A stretch of DNA of 25,928 nucleotides from a virus (lineage: Duplodnaviria; Heunggongvirae; Uroviricota; Caudoviricetes), in the IMG/VR virus record IMGVR_UViG_2579778694_000005; one strand, written 5' to 3'. Shown in pieces: positions 17,853 through 25,928 of this stretch. Under the pieces are notes generated by a model. The model searched no databases. It worked only from the letters and a program-made list of their open reading frames with translations, and was not told the DNA's origin. Within the stretch, counting starts at the first letter, position 1, and each line of letters starts with the position of its first letter. Both the position numbers and the translations under genes were made by a program.

Positions 17853-18470
17853 CTACCGTCGAGCAGAACCATCCTCCCATCCGACCTGATAATTTTTGAT
17901 TAGCTCAGGGTCGCTCATCTCCAGAATGTCTTTTTTCATCACCCTCTGGTGTTCGTGAATGCTGAACTTGCGGTCGAATAGCGTCTGCGTCATTCGCATC
18001 TCTAGCTCCTTCAGTTGCTCCAGCGTTACCGGAACATCGTTATTGTCCGCATCTGTCCAGAAGAAATTGTCCGGAAGACCGCCTGCCGCAGCTTTTAGCG
18101 AGATATCCAGCCGCTCTTTGGAAATGTCATTCGCGTCCCAGCGGTGGCCGTTCCATTCGAAATAGACGGTGAAACTTTCCTGACGAATACGCCAGTCGTT
18201 AATTTCTGCCAGCTTCTCGACTTTCAACCGTTCAATGTACTCGTCCTGATCAGGGTACGGTGCGATACCGCCACTGGCTTCAGACCCCAGCGCCTCAAGT
18301 ATCTTCTTTGCCAAAGGTGACGTGTCAGTCTCTGCCAATGTGTATGGCAAAAACAGAGGCGTTACACCATCCTCCATAACAAGCCCATCAAACTGAATCT
18401 CACAGGAGATCCCGCCACTAAGATTGCGCACTGCATTCCTTACAGCAGAGATGACGGGGGTTTCTTCCAT
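17853..18470 (-). CDS. Tail fibre assembly-type protein with a DUF4376-like C-terminal half
   Basis: LK..KLAEIN.WR, FEWNGHRWDA, FFWTDADNNDVPVT.EQL motifs. Start 18470 (or 18485). Confidence 0.75.
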   Translation of the reverse strand: MEETPVISAVRNAVRNLSGGISCEIQFDGLVMEDGVTPLFLPYTLAETDTSPLAKKILEALGSEASGGIAPYPDQDEYIERLKVEKLAEINDWRIRQESFTVYFEWNGHRWDANDISKERLDISLKAAAGGLPDNFFWTDADNNDVPVTLEQLKELEMRMTQTLFDRKFSIHEHQRVMKKDILEMSDPELIKNYQVGWEDGSARR

Positions 18471-18487
18471 AATATCCTTCTCCATTT

Positions 18488-21400
18488 TTAAGCCTTAAAC
18501 ACCAGAACGAGATAAGGCTCGTTAACACGGTGATTGTATTTACGCTGCTCGTGCCAGGTATAAACATCGACAGTTGCAGACTGGCCAGCAGGCAAGTTGT
18601 AATAGCCGAACATGCCGGACTGGTTTTCTGAGTTGTCTCGTTTGCCATACATCTGCTGCTTGACACCATTTACCGTATATTCAGTAATCCTTGACCATGA
18701 ATAGGTGTTGGTATTCTCCGATGGAGCGTAATAGTAGTACCCACCGGAAACGTAGATCACACGAGCGAACGTCTGAGGCGCAAGATAGATACTGCTGCCA
18801 TTAACCATGTAGGCTTTAACGATATCGCCATCAATCTGGTTGGCGTGCAGTTTCCCCAGAATCTGGCAGTTCTGTGCGATGGTAACGTTATTCAGCGAGC
18901 CGGAGTTCGCAGTGATGCTTCCCCGGAACGTACCGTTATTAAACTCAGGACTACCATTTTTGGGGATAATCCAGCCTTTACTGCCAGCGGCGTAATCGTT
19001 CGACTGAATGACGTTACCAATTTTGGCGTTAGTGATTGTGCCGTCTTTGATATAAGCGCCGTTCATATACGCCACGCTGTTTTCGATGACAAAAGGCGTG
19101 GTGATCTTCCCGTTTACGGAGTTGACCAGACCAAAACGGTCTGCCTGAACCAAAAACTGCGATAGACCGGTGCTGTCGATACCCAGCGCGATACCTGCAA
19201 CGTACTTCTGGCCGCCACTGGTAGACGTTTCCATCTTCAGCGTCCAGGCAGCAGAAACCTTCTTATCGGTATCAGCAATTGCCTTCGCCTGCTCCTGGAT
19301 GAGAGCCGAGTTACCATCAACTTCAGCCTTAACTGTATCAATTCTCTTACCGAGAGCACCGTCAGCATTTGCACGCGCGGTGGCTTCGGATGTGATAGCA
19401 GCGTTGATATCTTTGCCGGTCTGAGCCTGAAGATTGGTGATCTGCCCGGCCAGAGCAGAGTCGGCATCTGTACGCGCTTTCGTCTCCGTGTCGACAGCGG
19501 CCTTGATGTCCTCTGCCGTCTGAGCCTTCAGCGAGCTGATCTGCGAAGCCAGAGCACCATCTGCATCGGTTCTAGCCTGGGTCTCTTCCGCAACGGCGGC
19601 TTTGATATCCTCACCAGTCTGGGCCTTCAGTTGGGTGATTTGCTTCGATAGCGCCTCATCCGCTGTGGCTCGGGCAATCTGTTCTTCAGTGAGTGCCGCG
19701 CTGATATCCCCTTCAACTTTCGCCTGCAACGTGGTGATCTGACGAGAAAGCGCTTCATCCGCAGTCGCACGCGCCTCTTGTTCAGCAACGATGGCCGCTG
19801 AAATATCGTCGTTGAGCTGGGCTTCCAGCTTGGAGATATGCGTCGCAATAGCCTTATCTGCCTCTACGCGAGCCGTTGTCTCTTCCAGAATCGATGCCCG
19901 GATATCCTCACCAATTTCTGCGCGGATCTCTTCCACTTTTGAGGCCATTGCAGACATATCGTCGGCAAACGTCTTCTGAGTGGTGGCGATCTTCGCGTTA
20001 TTGACCATTTGCTTGTGCTGGTCTTCATCCTGACGCAGAGCGAGGTCAATATTGGTTTTGGCCAGAGCCTCGATATTGGTCGATACTTCCGCGCTGGCGC
20101 GTTCGACTTCGGCAACGGTCTTTTTCATCTCTTCGACGGCGGCAACGCTGTCATCGACGGAGGATTTCATTGCCTCAATCTGTTTGGCATTTGCCTTATC
20201 GCCTTCGACACGGGCTTCACGCTCTTCAGCAATCAGCGCGGAGGCATTGTCGAGCGCAGCGTGTGCCGCTTCCACAGCACCTGCAACGGCTTTGCCCTGC
20301 TCGGAAACGGTCTCCTGCAACTCAACCAGAGCCGCATTAGAGTCCTCAACCTGTTGCAGCGCGTCGTTGACCTTGTCCAGCGTGCCAGAGACTTCATTTT
20401 TGAGGTCGTTCTGGGCCTGTTCAAGCCGACCGCTGGTGTCTTCCAGTTTGCTGTCCAGATCGGCAACGGACTGATCAAGCTCTTTCAGGCTTTCTTCCAT
20501 CTGTTTGTTGATGGCGTCGACCGCATCCTGAGAGGCTTTAGAGTCGATTTCCTCCAGCAGCTCCTGTCCCAGCTCGGAAGAGGTGATCTTCCCGGTAAGG
20601 AATGAGAGGACGTCTCGCGTCATCGCTTCCGTACCCAGATTGGAGTTCGGCGGGCTTAACATGCCACGCTTGTTCACCGCGCGAACCCAATAGTACCAGG
20701 TCTCGCTATCCCCAAGACCGGCATGGGTGAACGTGGTGCTGGCAGCCTCTGCAATCAACTTTGCCGTTTCCAGATCGTTGGTCTGGGAGGCGTACACGTT
20801 GATGTGATCGAGGTCGATTGAGTCCGGGTTGACCCAATTCAGAATCACGTTGCGGTAGTCACCAACGGCCGTCAGAGAGGTAGGAGAGCCTGGCGGCGTC
20901 ATCGTACCTTTCACCTGGTAAACGGTACTGATGATGTCCGTCTTCTTGCCGCTGAACGAAACCGCATAGAGCTGAATGTCGTATTGGCCATTCTCGGCAA
21001 TATTGAGTATCTCGAACTGCTCTTCGGTAACGCGTGCGGACTGCCAGTTAGAGACGTTGTTCTCATCGGAACGACGCCAGCTGATCCAATATTCCGCAGA
21101 CTTACCTTCCCAGGTGGCAACGAGCTTGATTGAGAGGTTGCCCGGACTGGAGATATACGTCCCTTCCGTCACCTGCAGGTTGGTCGGCTTCGAATAAGTC
21201 GGGTCGAGAACGGTGTTGTTCTCGGGGATCAGCGTCGCGCCGTTGTCGATGGCTTCGTACTTCGATGCGTTATTTTGGACAACGGTAACGTCAAACGTCC
21301 CCTGAGCCTCGCCCTGGGCAACGTTGATAACACGCACGCGCATTGGCTCCAGATCTGGCTCGGTAATCGTCCAGACGCCATTCATAACCGGCATATCACC

Positions 21401-23119
21401 GGAATTGAGCGCTTTGGAGAAGGTTACTTTGGTAATGTCTTCCCCGGTCTCAAGAATATCGCGCTCAACGATTTCGCCTTCCTGATTCAAGATCCGGATG
21501 TAGCTACCAGCCTTATTCAGCGTAACCGGTGCGTCGAGAGTGATGCTGTTCTTTGTGAACGCCACAATGCGGCCAGAGTTGCGTTTACCAGCACGGTATT
21601 TGTTCTGAATCAGCACCGTTTCGCCCGGCATCAGGAAGGAAGCATCCAGCCCTGCCGTAAAGCTGATAACGTCGGACTCCATGCGTGCGGTATACAGCAG
21701 CCACAGACCGACACGATGCGCCTGGCCACGGCTGGTACAGCCGAACGCAACCACTTCGGTTTTGCGCTCGCCATAACGACGCATCGCCTCCTGGTCTTCG
21801 ACGTACTCGATGTTCTGCTTGTAGCCGTCTTCCTTGTTGTTGTAGGTCACAAGAGCAACTGACGGACGGTCTTTACGCGCAGATCCCTTGTAGCTGAACA
21901 TGCCGTCTTTGACGTTCGCGTTGGTGAACATCATGACCGGATCTGACGGGCTATCCTGCATGACGTTAACCATGCCGCCAGCCCAGAAGACCATACCGCG
22001 GAAGGCGCCAGCGATATCCTGAATCAGTCGGTACGCATCCTGACGGCAGGTGATCTGGGTGTTGATAGCGAAGCGCTTCTCTTTACCCCCGAAGCCATTG
22101 TCAATTTCTTCATCGCAGTAGCGGCCAATCTGGTAAATCTGCCCGAGGTCAATCATGGACTCAGAAACGTACTGCCCCAGGCCATAACGAGCGTTGGTAA
22201 GCAGGTCGAAGAGAATCCAGGCAGGGTTGGAAGATGACAACAGCTTGAATGTGCCATCCCATACGCCGATATAGGTGTTTGTGTGTTCGTCGTAGTTGGA
22301 CGGGACGCGGATCTTCAGACCACGCACCAGATACGAACGAGACGGCATCGAGCTGCCGAACTGCTCTGAGTTGACCTTGAGGCCGACCAGCGCGGAGTTC
22401 GGGTAGTTCATCGGCGTATCGACGATCTCACCGACAGAGTCCACCCACGTATCGTTAAAGATGTACTGAGTGTTGCTGTCATCGGTCAGACGAAGCACGC
22501 GAACCTTGTAGGCACGGCCTGGCTTGGGCAGTTTTAGTTCATAGCTGCGGTAGTAGACGCCCGTCTTTTTTGCCGTCAGCGTAATTTCGGAAGTGCTCTC
22601 CCCTTCTGCAATGGCGTCCTTGAAGGCATTATCGCCATTGGCAATCTGGAATTTGTACTTCACGGTCGTACCGTTGGTATCACCGGTCTTTTTGTCAATG
22701 CTACGCAGAGACGGGAACTTCAGAATGACGCGGACACGGTCTGCCTCATCGTTATCGATGGCAATCGTAACGTCGTGCATTCTTTTCAGCTGGATGTTGA
22801 CTGACTTCGGCGTTTCAACGAAATCGAACCCGGACATCGGCGTCTGGTCTTGTGAGCCATCGCGGAAGTCCCAGGTGATACCGCTAAAGTTTGGAGATCC
22901 GTCTTCGTTCAGGATTGGCAGGTCATCAACGAAGATCGACTTTGCGCCATCCACCAGCCCGCCAATGACACCCTCCCCGAGCAGGTCGAGGATGGACGCC
23001 ATAGCACGCGAGTTTACGGTATCGTCGGCTTCAACCGGCGTGCGGCTGGAGCCACTGCTTTTCTTACCGCCAGCACCTGCAATCAGGAGAGGCAGTCTCT
23101 TCTTCTTGAACTGTTCCAT
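18488..23119 (-). CDS. Central tail fibre / tip attachment protein J
   Basis: GAGGKK...P.EA.D N-terminus, DLLGEG.I.GL, NPAWILFDLLTN.RYGLG, GCTSRGQAHR.G.W, FN3-like segments, coiled coil, and DUF1983-type YVAGI.LG...F...ADRF region. Confidence 0.95.
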   Translation of the reverse strand: MEQFKKKRLPLLIAGAGGKKSSGSSRTPVEADDTVNSRAMASILDLLGEGVIGGLVDGAKSIFVDDLPILNEDGSPNFSGITWDFRDGSQDQTPMSGFDFVETPKSVNIQLKRMHDVTIAIDNDEADRVRVILKFPSLRSIDKKTGDTNGTTVKYKFQIANGDNAFKDAIAEGESTSEITLTAKKTGVYYRSYELKLPKPGRAYKVRVLRLTDDSNTQYIFNDTWVDSVGEIVDTPMNYPNSALVGLKVNSEQFGSSMPSRSYLVRGLKIRVPSNYDEHTNTYIGVWDGTFKLLSSSNPAWILFDLLTNARYGLGQYVSESMIDLGQIYQIGRYCDEEIDNGFGGKEKRFAINTQITCRQDAYRLIQDIAGAFRGMVFWAGGMVNVMQDSPSDPVMMFTNANVKDGMFSYKGSARKDRPSVALVTYNNKEDGYKQNIEYVEDQEAMRRYGERKTEVVAFGCTSRGQAHRVGLWLLYTARMESDVISFTAGLDASFLMPGETVLIQNKYRAGKRNSGRIVAFTKNSITLDAPVTLNKAGSYIRILNQEGEIVERDILETGEDITKVTFSKALNSGDMPVMNGVWTITEPDLEPMRVRVINVAQGEAQGTFDVTVVQNNASKYEAIDNGATLIPENNTVLDPTYSKPTNLQVTEGTYISSPGNLSIKLVATWEGKSAEYWISWRRSDENNVSNWQSARVTEEQFEILNIAENGQYDIQLYAVSFSGKKTDIISTVYQVKGTMTPPGSPTSLTAVGDYRNVILNWVNPDSIDLDHINVYASQTNDLETAKLIAEAASTTFTHAGLGDSETWYYWVRAVNKRGMLSPPNSNLGTEAMTRDVLSFLTGKITSSELGQELLEEIDSKASQDAVDAINKQMEESLKELDQSVADLDSKLEDTSGRLEQAQNDLKNEVSGTLDKVNDALQQVEDSNAALVELQETVSEQGKAVAGAVEAAHAALDNASALIAEEREARVEGDKANAKQIEAMKSSVDDSVAAVEEMKKTVAEVERASAEVSTNIEALAKTNIDLALRQDEDQHKQMVNNAKIATTQKTFADDMSAMASKVEEIRAEIGEDIRASILEETTARVEADKAIATHISKLEAQLNDDISAAIVAEQEARATADEALSRQITTLQAKVEGDISAALTEEQIARATADEALSKQITQLKAQTGEDIKAAVAEETQARTDADGALASQISSLKAQTAEDIKAAVDTETKARTDADSALAGQITNLQAQTGKDINAAITSEATARANADGALGKRIDTVKAEVDGNSALIQEQAKAIADTDKKVSAAWTLKMETSTSGGQKYVAGIALGIDSTGLSQFLVQADRFGLVNSVNGKITTPFVIENSVAYMNGAYIKDGTITNAKIGNVIQSNDYAAGSKGWIIPKNGSPEFNNGTFRGSITANSGSLNNVTIAQNCQILGKLHANQIDGDIVKAYMVNGSSIYLAPQTFARVIYVSGGYYYYAPSENTNTYSWSRITEYTVNGVKQQMYGKRDNSENQSGMFGYYNLPAGQSATVDVYTWHEQRKYNHRVNEPYLVLVFKA
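19325..19890 (-). repeat. Six tandem 33-aa (99-bp) repeats in J
   Basis: Units of the form E..AR..AD.AL..QI..L.AQ...DI.AA recur every 33 residues. Boundaries approximate. Confidence 0.85.
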
Positions 23120-23140
23120 GTTCAAAAATTTCCCTTCTTA

Positions 23141-23728
23141 CTAAAGCTGGTCGATGGTGATCGAAGAACTCACAACCTGTGAGCCGACCAGAATTTCCTC
23201 GCCATAAATGAGCTGAACCGGGTTGCCCTGGTTAGTGGTGTTTTGTGGCCCGTCGAAATAAAACGAGTTCGAGTTATCTGCCTGCCTTACGCTGTCATTG
23301 GTCGCCTGGGGCGAAATTAGCTGCGAAATACCGCCCATCATTAGCGACAAGCCGAGCGGGGCCAGCGCTGGGAACCAGAATGAGGCAACCATGACGAGTG
23401 CCCCTACGACTGTCTGGAACCAACCAAAAGCCTTACCGCCACTACCGCGAGGAACTGGCGTGATGCGGATCTTCGCGATGTTGTCGGACTGCCCCATCAT
23501 TTGAAACTCGCTCTCATCAACCGACCACTTATGCCCCTGCTTATTGGTGATCTGGATGTGGTAACTGTCGTAGGTCTTCATGTTGCGTTTCATCCAGGCT
23601 TTTAAGCCCGGACGGTTGGCTTCGACCAAATCCAACGCCTGTTTGGTGTTGCGCACTTTTAAATGCCAGTGGCGGCCGAAATGTCTGGCCATCGGGCCAC
23701 CAAGTTGCACATGAACTAACTCAGTCAC
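23141..23728 (-). CDS. Tail assembly protein I (lambda gpI-like)
   Basis: IRITPVPRGSGG, hydrophobic Gly-rich segment, F.GPQNTT.QG.PV.L.YG; GTGA overlap with K. Confidence 0.92.
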   Translation of the reverse strand: MTELVHVQLGGPMARHFGRHWHLKVRNTKQALDLVEANRPGLKAWMKRNMKTYDSYHIQITNKQGHKWSVDESEFQMMGQSDNIAKIRITPVPRGSGGKAFGWFQTVVGALVMVASFWFPALAPLGLSLMMGGISQLISPQATNDSVRQADNSNSFYFDGPQNTTNQGNPVQLIYGEEILVGSQVVSSSITIDQL

Positions 23729-24513
23729 GCTTCATCTCCCTTGAGTAAGTCTCTGTGACGCAGGTGGTGCGTCGTGTGTTTCTGGTACATGCCACCGTAA
23801 TAAGCGCGACAGCTCAGACGGTCGATCTGGTGGTGCAGGATCATTCCGTCTCCGATGTACACCGCGCAGTGGTCAGGCATCTTTCCGTACTGAATGAAGA
23901 AGACGTCACCACGCTGGGGTTCCGTCCCCGGCGCCAGACGAACAAGCCCTTCATTGCGGTAGTTCTGATCGAGAATGTCGGTATCACCCGTGTACCACGA
24001 TGGAATATGCAGGTGCGGGTTTGGATTCAACTCGACGTTGAACTCACGCTTCAGGTAGTCGCGGCACAGCATCCAGCAGTCGAAGACACCAAACACATAG
24101 GGCCGCCCCAGATAAGGCATCTCAAAGCCGTCTGGGGTGATCACATTCATCTCACTGAAGTGAAATGGCGCATCGCCCTCGACATTCTTCCTAACAGCCA
24201 GAATCAGCCACGGAACTTCCGTTGCCTCGCATCCGGCGCGGTCGGCGTCTGACGCTTCAGCTGATTCGTCAGTGTGGGAGTGCCAGATGGCAACCACGTC
24301 TCCCGCATCTTCCGCTGCGATAATGTCGTCAGCGTGCATAACAAACGTGTTTTCCGGGTTTTCAGACACGTTCCGGGCTTCCATGAAGCGATATTTCTCG
24401 CCAGTGGTACGCACCAGAAAGCCACACGCTTCGTTCGGGTAGCGTTTGATGGCTGTCAGATAGATTTCCTGCATAACGTCCGAACCAAGCTCCGGGAAAG
24501 CTCTATTACCCAT
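23725..24513 (-). CDS. Tail assembly protein K (JAB/MPN + NlpC/P60)
   Basis: PNEACG, WHSH...S.AD JAB motif; GRPYVFGVFDCW and HCAVY.GDG.ILHH NlpC/P60 motifs; start 24513 overlaps the L stop. Confidence 0.93.
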   Translation of the reverse strand: MGNRAFPELGSDVMQEIYLTAIKRYPNEACGFLVRTTGEKYRFMEARNVSENPENTFVMHADDIIAAEDAGDVVAIWHSHTDESAEASDADRAGCEATEVPWLILAVRKNVEGDAPFHFSEMNVITPDGFEMPYLGRPYVFGVFDCWMLCRDYLKREFNVELNPNPHLHIPSWYTGDTDILDQNYRNEGLVRLAPGTEPQRGDVFFIQYGKMPDHCAVYIGDGMILHHQIDRLSCRAYYGGMYQKHTTHHLRHRDLLKGDEA

Positions 24514-25204
24514 AACGCGTTGCTCCAATGAACCCGCCAAAGTGGATTACGCCATTGGCAAAGTAGTTACGGCGTGCGTTGCATGAGTCGTAGCGTTTCG
24601 TGCAGTAATCCGCGCCTGACATGGTGGTTTGCTGGTTGTTTTTGTCGAAATAGGGGCCGGTGTAGCCGCACTCTGGACCGCGGTATTTCCACGGGCAGGT
24701 GTTTTTGATGATCTGGCGGTACGGCAGCTGCACACCCATCAGATCGAACACACTCGACAGCTCAAACTCGACAACCTCATGGGTTTCGAGAGTCTTCTGT
24801 TCGATGAACCACATCTCATCCGGGAAGTGCTGGTTTGGATCTGCGGTTGGATTCCCGTCTTTGAAGTTGGCCGCGTCGAGAAAACGCGCCAGCGTCATCT
24901 TGCGGATGATGCGGCAGCCCACCAGATCGTCGTTTGCCTGAACTTCAGCGGAGACAGTTCCGGCAAAGTTGGAGACCTGGATTTTTGGACGCGGCAAAGT
25001 ACCCTGACCAGTCTTATCAAAGCCTGACGCCTTGATTGGCCACGGTTCGTAGGACACGCCTTGCCAAACGACTGGCTCCATCAGTTCGTTTGTACCGGCG
25101 TGGAAAAACAGCTTGCCCCCAGAGGTGGTGTTCGACATATCAAGTTCGAACAGCTCAATGAGCGCGGAGGGCGACAAGCTCTGAATATCAGCTTTAATAC
25201 CCAT
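24506..25204 (-). CDS. Minor tail protein L (lambda gpL-like)
   Basis: IELFELD, YEPWPI..SGF, C-terminal Cys cluster CPWKYRGPECGY.G...D.C.KR...C; start ATG 25204. Confidence 0.95.
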   Translation of the reverse strand: MGIKADIQSLSPSALIELFELDMSNTTSGGKLFFHAGTNELMEPVVWQGVSYEPWPIKASGFDKTGQGTLPRPKIQVSNFAGTVSAEVQANDDLVGCRIIRKMTLARFLDAANFKDGNPTADPNQHFPDEMWFIEQKTLETHEVVEFELSSVFDLMGVQLPYRQIIKNTCPWKYRGPECGYTGPYFDKNNQQTTMSGADYCTKRYDSCNARRNYFANGVIHFGGFIGATRYG

Positions 25205-25260
25205 CGTTTCTTCCTTGAAATAAAGAGGCGCCAACATCCTGTCAGCGCCTATAGATAATA

Positions 25261-25280
25261 GTAAATAAGTGCTTACTTAT
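25261..25280. promoter_or_regulatory. 20-bp palindromic box, copy 5
   Basis: GTAAATAAGTGCTTACTTAT, 17/20 to consensus, in the M-L intergenic gap. Confidence 0.7.
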
Positions 25281-25293
25281 CTAGTGGGTTAAA

Positions 25294-25629
25294 TTATCCT
25301 TCATAAATTTGTCGGAAGGTCGCAGTGAGAACGAGATAGCCCTGGTAACGCTTCACAGTATGGCTGTCGCACACCACAACCATCTTTTTGCCACGAGGGT
25401 TCGTCCAGTAGAACGACTCAACGGCCGCGCGTGCCGTCAGAAAGTCATCGACGGCATTAATAACGTCGTAAGAGCGCGTAAATGTTAGGCTCCACTCTTC
25501 TTTAATGCGATTGAGACCTTTGGCCTGGCGCTGTTCGTAATCGTCACCGAAATTCAGCACCGTCACGTTAGGCTTCACGGTCTTTTCCGACTCGTAGTCG
25601 GGATACCAGTTAAAAGTCAGTCTTTCCAT
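25294..25629 (-). CDS. Minor tail protein M (lambda gpM-like)
   Basis: FGDDYEQR...GLN, W.LTF, FL..R.....FYWT.P, and final ATF.Q motif. Confidence 0.93.
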   Translation of the reverse strand: MERLTFNWYPDYESEKTVKPNVTVLNFGDDYEQRQAKGLNRIKEEWSLTFTRSYDVINAVDDFLTARAAVESFYWTNPRGKKMVVVCDSHTVKRYQGYLVLTATFRQIYEG

Positions 25630-25670
25630 CTCACATCCTTGTGAGACTGCCCCTTCCGGGGCAGCCGTGG

Positions 25671-25928
25671 TTAGTTACGTTGAGAGTTAGGGTTGAGCGA
25701 ACCGCCTGGCCGCTTCTCCTGAGCGATGGTTTCAAGCGCGATCGCCTTCATGCGCTGCGCTGCCTGACTCCATGCGCCTTCGGAATTGCTGTTCTCCGAG
25801 ACACTGCCGTCGCTGTTGACGTTGATCTCAATGCTGACAGGTGAGAAAACGCCGCCACCGCCGCCTTTAACACCCTCTGCGTTGAGCGTGACCGGGATGG
25901 AACGCCCATCCGGAAGCGGAACGTAGGC
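25671..25928 (-). CDS. Tape measure protein, C-terminal 85 aa (partial; not in the ORF track)
   Basis: My translation: AYVPLPDGRSIPVTLNAEG...IEINVNSDG...IAQEKRPGGSLNPNSQRN*. The lambda-H-like ..EKRPGG.L ending sits directly upstream of M. Confidence 0.85.
   Translation of the reverse strand, partial: AYVPLPDGRSIPVTLNAEGVKGGGGGVFSPVSIEINVNSDGSVSENSNSEGAWSQAAQRMKAIALETIAQEKRPGGSLNPNSQRN

Larger units (their letters stand above)
5163..25928 (-). mobile_element. Phage-plasmid backbone (siphovirus tail + partition + helicase/primase), probably SSU5/pHCM2 group
   Basis: Lambda-like tail operon H-M-L-K-I-J, fibre and lysis genes are contiguous with a plasmid-type parA/RHH pair and dnaB/primase. 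Group assignment is from recalled gene order, not a search. Confidence 0.8.

Noticed and set aside
17773-17880. 36-codon N-terminal extension of the fibre ORF
   Set aside because: It overlaps the DUF4376 gene end, the palindromic box and the hairpin; a strong RBS precedes ATG 17772.
18845-23144. Plus-strand ORFs over J (e.g. 20009-20605, 21275-21862, 22593-23144)
   Set aside because: Antisense shadows of a well-supported gene.

Overview
The window has two parts. (1) 1-5162 is the right-hand portion of a Tn3-family (Tn3/Tn1000-like) transposon: tnpA, a three-subsite res site, tnpR and a 38-bp terminal inverted repeat ending at 5162. It carries AT-rich passenger genes, a ThsB-like TIR protein and a convergent N-terminal 2-TM protein. 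Its left end is outside the window. (2) 5163-25928 is the backbone of an enterobacterial siphovirus-type phage-plasmid; gene order and content suggest the SSU5/pHCM2 group (inference). Almost all backbone genes are on the minus strand: tape-measure C-terminus, lambda-like tail genes M-L-K-I-J, a DUF4376-type chaperone, a mosaic long tail fibre ending in a T-even gp37-type autocleaving chaperone, a T2/S16-type gp38 adhesin, a holin/endolysin/spanin cassette, a ParA + ribbon-helix-helix partition pair, a hypothetical gene, a DnaB-like helicase and a primase that the transposon interrupts. Two plus-strand accessory inserts flank the par locus: a DUF2971-like gene and an AtaRT/KacAT-type GNAT toxin-antitoxin pair with a tandem-repeat tract in its leader. 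A 20-bp palindrome (consensus ATAAGTAAGTACTTACTTAT) recurs five times, only in or at the edge of backbone intergenic regions. All family assignments come from motif recognition by eye; no database search was run.
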